A DNA stretch of 64,000 bases from Leucoraja ocellata (Eukaryota): positions 248,001 through 312,000 of the forward strand of contig JAWMAR010000100.1 of the NCBI GenBank assembly GCA_036785375.1, in the 5' to 3' direction. The position numbers and the translations under genes were made by a program. A model generated the notes under the pieces. It saw only the letters and a list, made by a program, of their open reading frames with translations, did not search any database and had not been told where the DNA came from. Within the stretch, counting starts at the first letter, position 1. Every line of letters begins with the position of its first letter. Positions 12,836 to 24,279 of this stretch are shown one piece after another.

Positions 12836-14169
12836 TGTTTGAATAAAATTATTTGAAAATTAATTGATCCACACCCACTCTTAAAAATAAATCGCCTTTA
12901 TGTGAAAAATAAACCAATTGCAAAACTTTGCCAACACGAAGGGATAAAACAGTGCAGGATATGATAACCTGGCCAATGATACAGGTGTGAGGCGAGATTG
13001 CCGAAATACAGTCTGCCGAGCGATGAATAAACAGGGGTGTGAAATGTACTCACCGTCAGCCTATATATTGAATAATCCCAAAACTCGGGTTAAGTGATTT
13101 AAAAAAAATTACATTAGAAAAGAAACCTTTACAAATAGCGAAGCTTCGCGTATGGCAGCGCACACACTTGGTGAAAATGTCCCAATGGGCAGAAACAGGC
13201 CCTTCGGCCCACTGAGCCAGCCGTCAAATACTCATTTACCTCAAACTCATTTCTGCCCGCATTCACACCAATATCCCACCTGAGCCCCACTCGACCACTC
13301 ACCGACACATCGAGGGAAGGTGACAGTCCTTCAAGCGTTTTGCCATTCATTTCTCATCGAGTCATGGGTTCATACAACACAGCAGGTGTTGCGGGGAGCA
13401 TTCATACAACAAAGCAGCGTGCGGGGAGTGAATGGGAGCACTTGGGGGAAACTCCATAAAATAGTAACGGAGGGTAGAATTGAACCCGGGTCCCTGGAGC
13501 AGTGACACACGCTGCTCAAGTGAACGTATAATGAAATGATTGAGGACAGACAATAATCAGATTAATTGAACTCATCAAAGAACGCGAGCAGCAGGCGGAA
13601 TAGAGAGCATCTGATGATTTTTTTCTCAACCCAGTAAGTGCTGTAGTCGTAATCTGAGAACGCGATGGAGGCAGGTTTACAAAGTATATGGGCCAGAACT
13701 CGAATAATGGTCAGGAAGGCTATGGTTGGAATGGACAAGGTGGGCGGAGGAGCCTGTTTCTGTGTTGTATGAACCCATGACTCGATGAGAAATGAGTGGC
13801 AAAAACACCTGGAAGATTGTGAGATAATGATCATGGATGAATTTTAATGGAAAGTCCACACAAACAGATAGACAGCCAAGGAGAACTTAATATCTACAAT
13901 CAGGTGGACTGGCAGATGGAGGAGATAGGAGTTGGGGAAAGAGAGGAAAAGCCCAAGAGAAATACAGGGAAAGGGATATTGGAAAAGACAGATGCTGGAA
14001 TCCTGAAACGCATGTCAAAACATTTAAAATATATAAACACATAGCAAAGAGTTGTAGGAGTACGCCATTCGGACCTTCAAGCCAATATTGCTATTCAATA
14101 TGATCATGGCTGATCATCCAAAATAAGTACCCCATTTCTGCTTTCTCCCCATATCCCTTGATTCCGTAA

Positions 14170-14444
14170 CACTACGAAATTTAAACATGGGAGGCTTTTT
14201 ATAGTGAAAAAAAACTGCATGACATCATTTTTACCATGTGATGATTTTTCCACACGTCGGTAGTCATTGTTGGCTCGGGGGAGGAACTTGGTACATCGCA
14301 GAAATGAGAAGTAAATGGCAAACTTAGACATACACGTGGGAACCTGTTTAAACTCGTGAACATAAACTTGGAATCTTGTAGACAACCACGAGTTTGATTT
14401 TTTCTTTCACTCGGGATCACTGGTGGGTGAACTCTCACCGTGAG
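14170..14444 (+). mobile_element. Harbinger-type MITE, right portion (TIR finishes at 15224-15236, after the Rex1 insertion)
   Basis: cacgagtttgattt...gtgggtgaactctcaccgtgag|...|gtgagacagagct is complementary to the left end at 11529. Confidence 0.6.
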
Positions 14445-15223
14445 GCATGGTGCGCTGACAACAACCTGGCCCTTAACTCCAAGAAGACCAAGGAGCTCAT
14501 TGTAGACTTCAGGAAGTCCAGAGGCGGCATGCACACCCCCATCCACATTAACGGGACGGAGGTGGAACGTATTTCTAGCTTCAGGTTCCTGGGAGTCAAC
14601 ATCTCCGATGACCTCTCTTGGACCCACAATACCTCTACTCTGATCAAGAAGGCTCACCAGCGTCTCTTCTTCCTGAGGAGACTGAAGAAGGTCCATCTGT
14701 CTCCTCAGATCCTGGTGAACTTCTACCGCTGCACCATCGAGAGCATCCTTACCAACTGCATCACAGTATGGTATGGGAACTGCTCTGTCTCTGACCGGAA
14801 GGCATTGCAGAGGGTGGTGAAAATTGCCCAACGCATCACCGGTTCCACGCTGCCCTCCATTGAGTCTGTCCAAAGCAAGCGCTGTCTGCGGAGGGCGCTC
14901 AGCATCGCCAAGGACTGCTCTCACCCCAACCATGGACTGTTTACCCTCCTACCATCCGGGAGGCGCTACAGGTCTCTCCGTTGCCGAACCAGCAGGTCGA
15001 GGAACAGCTTCTTTCCGGCGGCTGTCACTCTACTCAACAACGTACCTCGGTGGCTGCCAATCACCACCCCCCCCCCCCCCCCCCCCCCCCCTCCGGACAC
15101 TTATTATTTTTTTATTCAAATCGTTTGCTATGTCGCTCTTCAAGGGAGATGCTAAATGCATTTTGTTGTCTCTGTACTGTACACTGACAATGACAATTAA
15201 AATTGAATCTGAATCTGAATCTG
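14445..15223 (+). mobile_element. Young Rex1/Babar-type LINE, 5'-truncated, uninterrupted RT C-terminal ORF, (GAATCT)n tail
   Basis: WCADNNLALNSKKTKELIVDFR...FRFLGVNISDDLSW...KAHQRLFFLRRL...SGRRYRSL; apparent 5-bp TSD GTGAG (14440-14444 / 15224-15228). Confidence 0.9.
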
Positions 15224-16859
15224 GTGAGACAGAGCTATTACTTGTTGAGTTGTAACACCATTTTCTGTTTTACCTTGGAATTTATATACATAGTTTGTAG
15301 ATTAAGCTACCAACCTGTGCATCTTTGGAGTTTGGGAGGAAACCGGAGCTCTCAGAGAAAACCTACTCAGTCACAAGGAGAATGTACAAACTCAGTAACG
15401 ACTACACGCATAGACATGATCGAAACCCGGTTCTCTGGCCACTTTGCTACCCCAATGTTTTATTTAATTAGTCACTTGTTTATTTAATTAGTAGGTTTGG
15501 GGTAGTATTTATTTTATCTCAGAGTCCTTAGGTATTTTTTATTAGCTATATCCATTCAGTCTTCCATGGATAATGTGACGTGTTTTTTGGAAAAAAAATT
15601 GCATTGCTGAACGTTACAAGCTGCACTACTTTCAAATTAGTCTGAAAGACAAAGAGGAAAGTCCTGAAGGATTCTTTAAAGAACTCCGGGGATGTTTTAC
15701 CTCCTGCTAACTCAGAAAAAATGTTGGGATTCTTCTACTTCAGAAGTAATTACATAGATTTTCTGTCTTGTATGCACAGAACATAGTGCAGCAATCCGCA
15801 ATGTCTTCTGGCTATGAGCATTATGGCTCTGATCAGGGCTAAAAATGCATGGAAGTTTCCTATAAGGACATAATAATAAGTATGTGAGGCTGAGCTAAAT
15901 GCATACGAGGCCAGCGTTTTCATTAAAGTTGCTGGTGGTATTAAATTATTTGATTAACAATGTATTGTAACTCGCAGTAGGGATTATAAATTTTGCTGGA
16001 GGAACCCAGGATTATAGTTATTTGTTACTGATTTATAGTAAGTGACAAGAGAATTAGATAATGATTGTAAGGTTAACTCATTCGTGGCATGGAACAGCTA
16101 ATTCCTGCATTGCTTCTTGTAACTTTTGACATTATTTGCAGTTTGTAATTATTGCATTCAGCTTACATGTTTCCATAGCACTTCAATATTCTTATCTCCC
16201 TTTTTTTAATCATTTGGTTAAAACCTTCTGGATATAAAACCCAAGCCTAGCTTTCCCTAATCTTTATTTTTCGGATTTAGTTTGTCTTTTACTCGTCTTG
16301 GCTTTAGTGATGCTTTGCTGCATTAGATTTAGCCCTTTATCTTGATTTCTCATTAAGGATGGAATAAAAATAAACATGAAGGTTATGGAAAGGTAATATG
16401 TCCTTATGGGGTCTTAGCACTCCAATAAATAGTAGGAGACACAGTGCACAGCTCTTCCATGTTCATCACCCACTATGGATATGACAGTGCATATTCAATA
16501 AAATTAATGGTTAACAATGCAAGCTTAAAGTATTTCAGGAATTAGCACCTTGATCCAAACAAGAGCATTCCTGGAATGCTCAGCATCCTTTCCTGCCACT
16601 TAGCCAACTAGAAAAATCGGAAGTTATCTTTTTTTGGGGTGACATTAATAATTGTTATGGTGTTGAAGGTACTTTTTTCAGACCAAGGAAGGAAAGATTG
16701 ATTTATATATTTTGTCTGTACTTTATTTTGTGAGTTCGTGACAGAGATAATGAGCCCTAAAGATTAGAAAAGTTGCCAGTTTTTAAGCAAATAATTTTCT
16801 CTAAAGCACTGGATTGCATTCCATGTACCTTAGCAATGCTGAATGCCAATGTCACAAAT

Positions 16860-17470
16860 AATCTCCTATGTGACATATCTTCCTCATTTGCATTGATCGC
16901 TTTTACTCCTTCCCATTTATGGTTAGTGAATATTATGTGTCCATCCTTTAAGCGCTTGACCAAGCTTATTGGATTTTTTGAAGAAGTGAAATAGAGAGTG
17001 GACAGTGGGAATTCAGTGGGTGTAAATTCATCTAGATTTTCAAATAGCCATAATAAGGTAGAGTGCAATAGACTAATGTACAAGAAGAGAGAATGCAGAG
17101 ACAGGGGACAAATAGCATAATGGATTGTTAACTAGTTTCAGGACAGAAAACAGGATAGGTGTATAAGGCATCTATTCCTGGATAGGAAGCGGTGTTCTGT
17201 CAGTGCAGGAACTAGATTTGTTTGTAATTCAATAATTTGGACTTTAGAATCAAATCTTTTTTTAAAATTGATAATGATATCGAATTTAATAGGCATGTAA
17301 ACGATAGGGAGGGCTGCAACAAATTTAAGGAACATGTCAATAAACTTGCAGAATGGACAAATAATTGGCAAATTGCATTCAGTACTGATAAATGTGAGGG
17401 ATATATATATTGGTAGGAAGGACAAGAAGGAAGTTATTATTGAACCTATATAGAACCTTGGTTAGACCAC
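16860..17470 (+). mobile_element. Highly degenerate CR1 RT fragment
   Basis: gattttttgaagaagtg, tagattttcaaatagcc (DFxKAF-like) and gataaatgtgagg motifs. Confidence 0.6.
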
Positions 17471-17476
17471 TCTTAG

Positions 17477-18410
17477 GGGGTGGCAAAGTGGCACAGAGGT
17501 AGAGCTGTTGCCTCATAGCACTAGAGAACTGGGTTCAATATTGACCAGCGGCGCTGTCTGCACGGAGTTAGTACGTTTCCCTGTAACCGTGTAGGTTTCT
17601 CTGGGTGATCCTGTTTCCTCCCACATTCCATAGATGAGCAGGCTTGTAGCTTAATTGGCTTCTGTAAATTGTACTCGGTGTGTGTTGGACCTCTCTTGGA
17701 CCCACAATACCTCTACTCTGATCAAGAAGGCTCATCAGCGTCTCTTCTTCCTGAGGAGACTGAAGAAGGTCCATCTGTCTCCTCAGATCCTGGTGAACTT
17801 CTACCGCTGCACCATCGAGAGCATCCTTACCAACTGCATCACAGTATGGTATGGCAACTGCTCTGTCTCCGACCGGAAGGCATTGCAGAGGGTGGTGAAA
17901 ATTGCCCAACGCATCACCGGTTCCACGCTCCCCTCCATTGAGTCTGTCCAAAGCAAGCGCTGTCTGCGGAGGGCGCTCAGCATCGCCAAGGACTGCTCTC
18001 ACCCCAACCATGGACTGTTTACCCTCCTACCATCCGGGAGGCGCTACAGGTCTCTCCGTTGCCGAACCAGCAGGTCGAGGAACAGCTTCTTTCCGGCGGC
18101 TGTCACTCTACTAAACAACGTACCTCGGTGACTGCCAATCACCACCCCCCCCCCGGACACTTATTCTTTTTTTTTATTCAAATCGTTTGCTATGTCGCTC
18201 TTCAAGGGAGATGCTAAATGCATTTCGTTGTCTCTGTACTGTACACTGACAATGACAATTAAAATTGAATCTGAATCTGAATCTGATCTGGATGCAAGGG
18301 TGCACTAACATAACACTTGCAGATGATCAATGGTTGATGTGGACTCAGTGGGCTGAAGAGACTGTTTCCATGGTGTATTTCTAAACTAAACTAAATTAAA
18401 CTAAACTAGT
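17477..18410 (+). mobile_element. HE1-like V-SINE split by a Rex1 insertion
   Basis: tRNA-derived head (tggcacagaggtagagc, gggttcaata), V-domain (gctgtctgcacggagtt...tttcctcccacattcca), (CTAAA)n tail. Confidence 0.8.
17688..18287 (+). mobile_element. Young Rex1/Babar-type LINE 3' end, near-identical to 14610-15223
   Basis: Identical peptide DLSWTHNT...LLNNVPR, stop codon, same 3'UTR and (GAATCT)n tail. Confidence 0.92.
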
Positions 18411-20689
18411 TTATCCCGACTGTATCAGACTAGTGAACGATCCTCTTATAAGCTAGGAGTGCAGTTCCAATCTCCCAACTGGCCACATTGGGGCTCTGGC
18501 ACTTAATTTATCTGCACCTTTTGTTTAACTGTATCACTATAATATGCAACACTTAGTTCTGGTATTTTTCTCTTTGAACTGCCTATTGTACTAATGTAAT
18601 GGGTTGATTATTCTTAAGTATACTATGATTTGACCATATAGCACGCTAACAAAGTATTTCACTGTATCTCGGTACACGTGACAATAATAAACAAATAAAC
18701 CAATACGAAAATATTGCTCAACCCTGGAATTGTCAGCCAGAGATGAGCTCATTCTCATCTGTCAGCCAGAGATCCTCATTCTCTCAGGCCAATGATCATT
18801 CATCAGAACACAGTTGTAATCAAAGGCCATTGTCTGAAATTTTAACATTCTTTCTCCCTCCAAAAAGGCTTACTGTCCTGAGAGCATTTTCCAGCATTTT
18901 CTATTTCAACTTTTTTTCTGTGTGTAGTGGCAGACATTTAAATGATCAAAACCACCCATCCACCTCAGTTGAAAATGTTGTCTTTTGAAGATGCACAGGA
19001 CACCTATGAGGATCTAGAGAAAAGCAGATTAACATTTCACATGGGAAATAACATCACCTTGAAACCTTTTACCTTGTTTCAGCCTCAGTGTCACTGACAG
19101 CTGAAAAGTAATGTGAAAGCTGCTATGTTTGTTCATATCAGTGCTATGCGGTTTCTTGGCTTATAGTTCTGTCTCCGAACTGCTGAAGGTATCTTTCATT
19201 GTTTGTATTTTCTCTTTCATTTTCCATATTTTATAATTTAATTCATATTTTCTTCCGAAGATCAAAACACCTTTTTCTAATCTGTAATACAATCCGACGG
19301 TAAAATAGAAAAATGGCATGTGCTCCTGATTTCAGTTCCAAGAAGTCATCAATGATTAAAGGCAAAATTAAAATGAGTTTGCGTTAGCTCTTATTTCCAA
19401 TTCATGGTCAATTAAACCTTGTTTGCAATCATTGCTCAGTGGTCATTTATGAATATTCATTTAACTGCCTTTAGGATATTTCGTAGAATTAAACACCAGG
19501 TAAAACATGTTTTATCAACAGAAAAGGAAACTTCCCAAAAAAGGATCAAATTTATATTTTATTTATACTGTACAATAATGTATTTTTGAAATGCATATTA
19601 CACCTTTTCTTCATCATTCATGGCTTGTACTATATTTGAATAATTTTTGAGAAGAAAAAATCGAGATGTGTCTTGCCTTTTAATAATTGCTGCATTTTTT
19701 CAACTCCATCTTCTCACTCTTTGGTTAGTGATAACAATTTAGCCTCTGAGTCAGAACATTGATCATGTGTTCTAGCCAGATATTATAGTTTTGCATAAAA
19801 TCTTAAGGTCAGGTGGACATTTTGTACTTAAAATTGATCACAGTTAGTATCCAAGATCTGTCAGTCTCTAGTTTTAAAAGTCTCCAATGTCTAGGCAGCC
19901 ACTGACCTCTGGAATAAAACATCCTACAATTCATGCAGTTGGAGAATACAAATTCAGAATAAAGGAATATATTTTCCAAAATCATATACTGAAACGGTTA
20001 CCTGTAATTTTTGACACAACTGCCAAAAAATAATTCCTCTTGTTCACCAGATCAATCAACATGAGGTTAAATGATTTTTCAGTGAGATATCCTCTCATTC
20101 ATAATAATGTTAAGGAATGGCCTAGTTCATCATTTTTTTACCAGTAGAACAATACTCTCTTGCTATTAATCAGATAGGGGTAAGGAGACCAAAGCTTTAC
20201 AGAGTACCTCAGCTGTGGCCCCTTTAATGTCCTGTATAATTGCAATACGACTTCTAAGTTACCGTATGCCATTTGTGCGAGAAGAACTAAATAGTAAATT
20301 ATTGAAAAAGAGAATGCCTTTTAAGAAAAGAGGAATGGGAAAATACTGGTATTTGAATAACCAAGATGCCTTTGAGTGCATATTCAGGCAGAGCAAGCAA
20401 TTAGCAAGCAAATGGCATTGGTCTCAGACATGGGCTAATAGGTACAGAAGCCTGCAACGGATACAAACATGTTTCATCTGTTTTTATGTTTTTTTCCTGG
20501 TTTGCTCTCATATTTCATTTCCTCACTTTTCATCAATTTATTAGTCGTGCAACACTGAATTCTGGAGTCAAACCAATCCTTAGGCCTGCGACATTTCTTT
20601 GGAACAGTGCCCATTTGAAGGTGCTGATAATAAGTTGAGACATAGTGATATTATAACTTACATAGGAATATACGTATTTGAATATAAGT

Positions 20690-20792
20690 TGTGTAGGAAG
20701 GAACTGCAGATGCTGGTTTAAACCAAAGATAGATACAAAAAGCTGGAGTAACTCAGCGGGACAGGCAGCTGGCATCTCTGGAGAGAAGGAAT
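20690..20792 (-). mobile_element. Penelope pLTR 3' fragment
   Basis: tgtgtaggaaggaactgcagatgctggtttaaacc...ctggagtaactcagcgg. Confidence 0.8.
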
Positions 20793-21674
20793 GTTGCTCT
20801 CTTTGAAACCATCATAGGTCATGATCATTTTTATGGGCTTATATTCTATCACTATTTGAATCTTTGGTAGACATCATGTAGAAATAAAACACATCATTTT
20901 GCTTGACATCATTTTGTTTGATTTCTGGAAGGGCTGTGTTGGCAAACATATATAATTCTCTAGGTAGAAATATGCAGAAGAGTCTTTTATCTACTTGCCT
21001 CGGCTTGTGCCACAGTTATGCTAAAGTTATGATGGTAATGAGATCCTAAGGGCCTTGATAGGTTTGATAAACAGAGGATAAACAGAGGATATTTCCTCAT
21101 GGGAAAATCTACTGTTTAAAAATAATTTAACTGAACAAATTTGGTGTTTTTTATTTGCTCTCATATGATTGTGATTTCTTTTTCGGATTCTTCATGAGAG
21201 GAGAGAGAGAAGTTTTTTGAATATTTTAAAGATAATAGTTGATAGATTCTTGCTAAGCAAAGGGCTGAGTGATGATTATGGTCAGTAGATGATGATGCAG
21301 AGTAGAGGTCACAATCAGATCAGTCTGACCTGTTTAGGTGATGGAACAGACTCAAGAAGCCAAAGGGTACATTTATATTCCAAATGTGATTGTTTATATG
21401 TGGATTAAGCTCAAAAGCCATACCGTGTCCGTATGAAGCATGTGCACAAGATATAAACCAATGTACCATTACATATAATTACATGTAACCAATACTACAC
21501 ACAATACTCCAAATGTGCCCTTTCATAACCAAACTTTCATAAAACTGCGACATGATTTCCTCAATTATACTCAACTGATAAAGGCAAACATACCATCAGC
21601 CTTCTTTACCACTTTATCTCCTGTGTTACCACTTTTCCCCCAAATCCCTGAAGCAAAGTTACATTATTTATGAG

Positions 21675-22032
21675 CAGGAAGGGACTGCAGATGCTGGCTT
21701 ATATTGAAGATAGACACAATATGATGGAGTAACTTAGCGGGTCAGGTAGCATCTCTTGAGCCAAGGAACAGGTGACAGTTCGGGTAGAGAGCCTTCTTGC
21801 GATTGAGAGTCTGGGGAGAGGGAAACTCGAGATATGAAAAAATTTATCAAACCTATCAAGACCACAGTCATCAATGGACCATCGTGGGCTCCATCTTTTC
21901 TGGGTCATTGGTGCCGACTCTGGTTTGTTTTGTACCTTTTCATACTTCTAGTCACCAATAAACGTCACTTGTTCCTTTCCTCCAGAGATGCTGCCTGACC
22001 CGCTGAGTTACTCCAGCATTTTGTGTCTATCT
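21675..22032. mobile_element. Inverted Penelope pLTR arrangement with imperfect TSD
   Basis: Minus pLTR 21675-21830, plus pLTR 21960-22032; flanks tacattattttatga / tacatcatttatga. Confidence 0.7.
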
Positions 22033-22697
22033 ACATCATTTATGATCCTGGCCTTCCTGATCAACAAGGTCTTCCTGATCTTCCTGATCAACTATGATCG
22101 GCATTAGAATCACAAAATGACCCAGAAGAATGAAGCCATTCTTTAAAGTAAGCAAGGTATCTTATACCACAGAGCCCCTGTGACGTAAGTGCAGCAAGCA
22201 TATCTGTGGGTGGTTAATTTCTGGTTTCATTCACAGGTTATTATCCACTCAAGTTTTCTTCCTGTGGTTAATGATATTAGATGAGTCCTTTGATCAAATT
22301 ATTGTATTAAACAACACACATCATTTATATCTGGCTGGCTGCCTGCTATCTCTCTTAATTTATTGGCAGGTTTCTATCTTTAAAGAGCTTTTTATATTAC
22401 TTTGTTTACCACTTCACCATAGCATCCAACAAACTATAACATTTATATGAAAACATAGGAATTTAAAAAAGCCCAAAATCTTTTCATATGGCATCCAAAT
22501 TGCTTTGTTTTAAAGTGAGGGGAGCTATTTTACCATAAACTTTTTGAAAGAAAAGCCGATAAAAAATTGCAAATGTGCCAAATGACTCAGCAGGTTGCAG
22601 CTGCACAGTCGCACAGCAGTAGATTTACTGCCTTATAGCACTTATTGCATCAGAGACCCGGGTTTGATCCCGACTACAGGTGCTGTCTGTACAGAGT

Positions 22698-23255
22698 TTA
22701 GAAAATAGAAAATAGGTGCAGGAGGAGGCCATTTGGCCCTTCGAGCCAGCACCACCATTTATTGTGATCATGGCTGATCGTCCCCAACAATAACCCGTGC
22801 CTGCCATGTCTCCATAACCCTTGATTCCACTAGCCCCTAATCTCTATCTAACTCTTTATTAAATCAATCCAGTGATTTGGACTCCACTGCCCTCTGTGGT
22901 AGGGAATTCCATAAATTCACAACTCTCTGGGTGAAAAAGTGTTTTTTCACCTCAGTATTAAATGACCTCCCCTTTATTTAAAGAGTGTGGCCCCTGGATC
23001 TGGACTTGCCCAACATTGGGAACATTTTTCCTGCATCTAGCTTGTCAAGTCCGTTTATAATTTTATATGTTTCTATAAGATCTCCCCTCATCCTTCTAAA
23101 CTCCAGTGAATACAAGCCTAGTCTTTTCAATCTTTCCTCATATGACAGTCCTGCTATCCCTGGGATCAATCTCATGAACCTACGCTGCACTGCCTCAATC
23201 ACGAGGATGTCCTTCCTCAAATTAGGAGACCAAAACTGTACGCAATACTCCAGAT
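22698..23255 (-). mobile_element. CR1/HER1 LINE 3' fragment inserted after a V-SINE head (22600-22698)
   Basis: HLEYCVQFWSPNLRKDIL...RRMRGDLIETYKII. Confidence 0.9.
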
Positions 23256-23489
23256 GTGATTTTTTTTCAATCTTGGCTTCTTGATAGCCTTGAATGAAGC
23301 ACGTTATTACTGCAGGATTCCATCTTAATTTCTTTATTAAAAAAACAACCTGTTCTCCATATTTTGTTCCACATAATTGACAGTCATTCAGACTTGGCAC
23401 CAAGCCATTCTTTTGTTCTACTAGTCCATGCTTTTGTAGAAGAACAACTTCATTTTAGGTTTGATTATTAGATTTGACTATTTGCTCTT

Positions 23490-23690
23490 TCAGTCCGAGA
23501 TCTTCGGTTACCTCCCATACACCAAAGACGTATGGATTTGTAGGATAATTGGCTTGGCATGAATGTAAATTGCCTCTATTGTGTGTCGGATAGTGTTAAT
23601 GTGCCGGGATCGCTGGTTGGTGCAGACTTGGTGGGCCGAAGGGCCTGTTTCTAGCCTGTATCTCTAAACTAAATAAACTAAACAAAATTA
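23490..23690 (+). mobile_element. V-SINE 3' half
   Basis: ccaaagacgtatggatttgtagg...gtgggccgaagggcctgtttc...ctaaactaaa. Confidence 0.8.
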
Positions 23691-24279
23691 AAGTCAGACA
23701 GCGTCTGTGTTGAGAGAGGCGGAAATAACATCACAGATCGACAGCCTTGGACTTTGACTATGAAAAACACTTAATATTCTGAGTATTTGTAGAACAGAAA
23801 ACGTGTATTTCAGTAATTAACACCACATTGATTGTTTGAAGAATTTTGCTGCCAAATGGTTTAAATTGTTTGCACTGTGTAATTAGCATCATCATTGACT
23901 ATAAGGGAACAAGAACAAACATTAATATTAGAAATCAAACATCAAAACAGAAGTTTCAGATTAGTTGGCAGCTAACAGAAAAAATAACTGCTGCTATCCT
24001 TCAACCTAAGTGTTCGATGAGGTGTGGTGACCAAAGTTTTAACATCTGTCAGTTGCTAATGTTCTCAATTTGTATAAAACATCAAAGAGCGTGTAACTCA
24101 TTTTCATCCTCATTTTACTAGATTAATATTTGGGAACGACTGCAATGCATAGCAGTTACAAACTGTGGTAAAGGTTCTGAAAAATATGTACAAGGATATT
24201 GCCAGGACTAGAGGGTGTGAGCTATAGGGAGAGGTTGAGTACGCTGGGACTCTTTTCCTTGGAGTGCAGGAGGATAGAA

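Noticed and set aside
18730-22095. Small tandem duplications (tgtcagccagagat x2 near 18731; cttcctgatc x3 near 22052)
   Set aside because: Ordinary slippage duplications; not a repeat-spacer array, and CRISPR is not plausible in this eukaryotic context.
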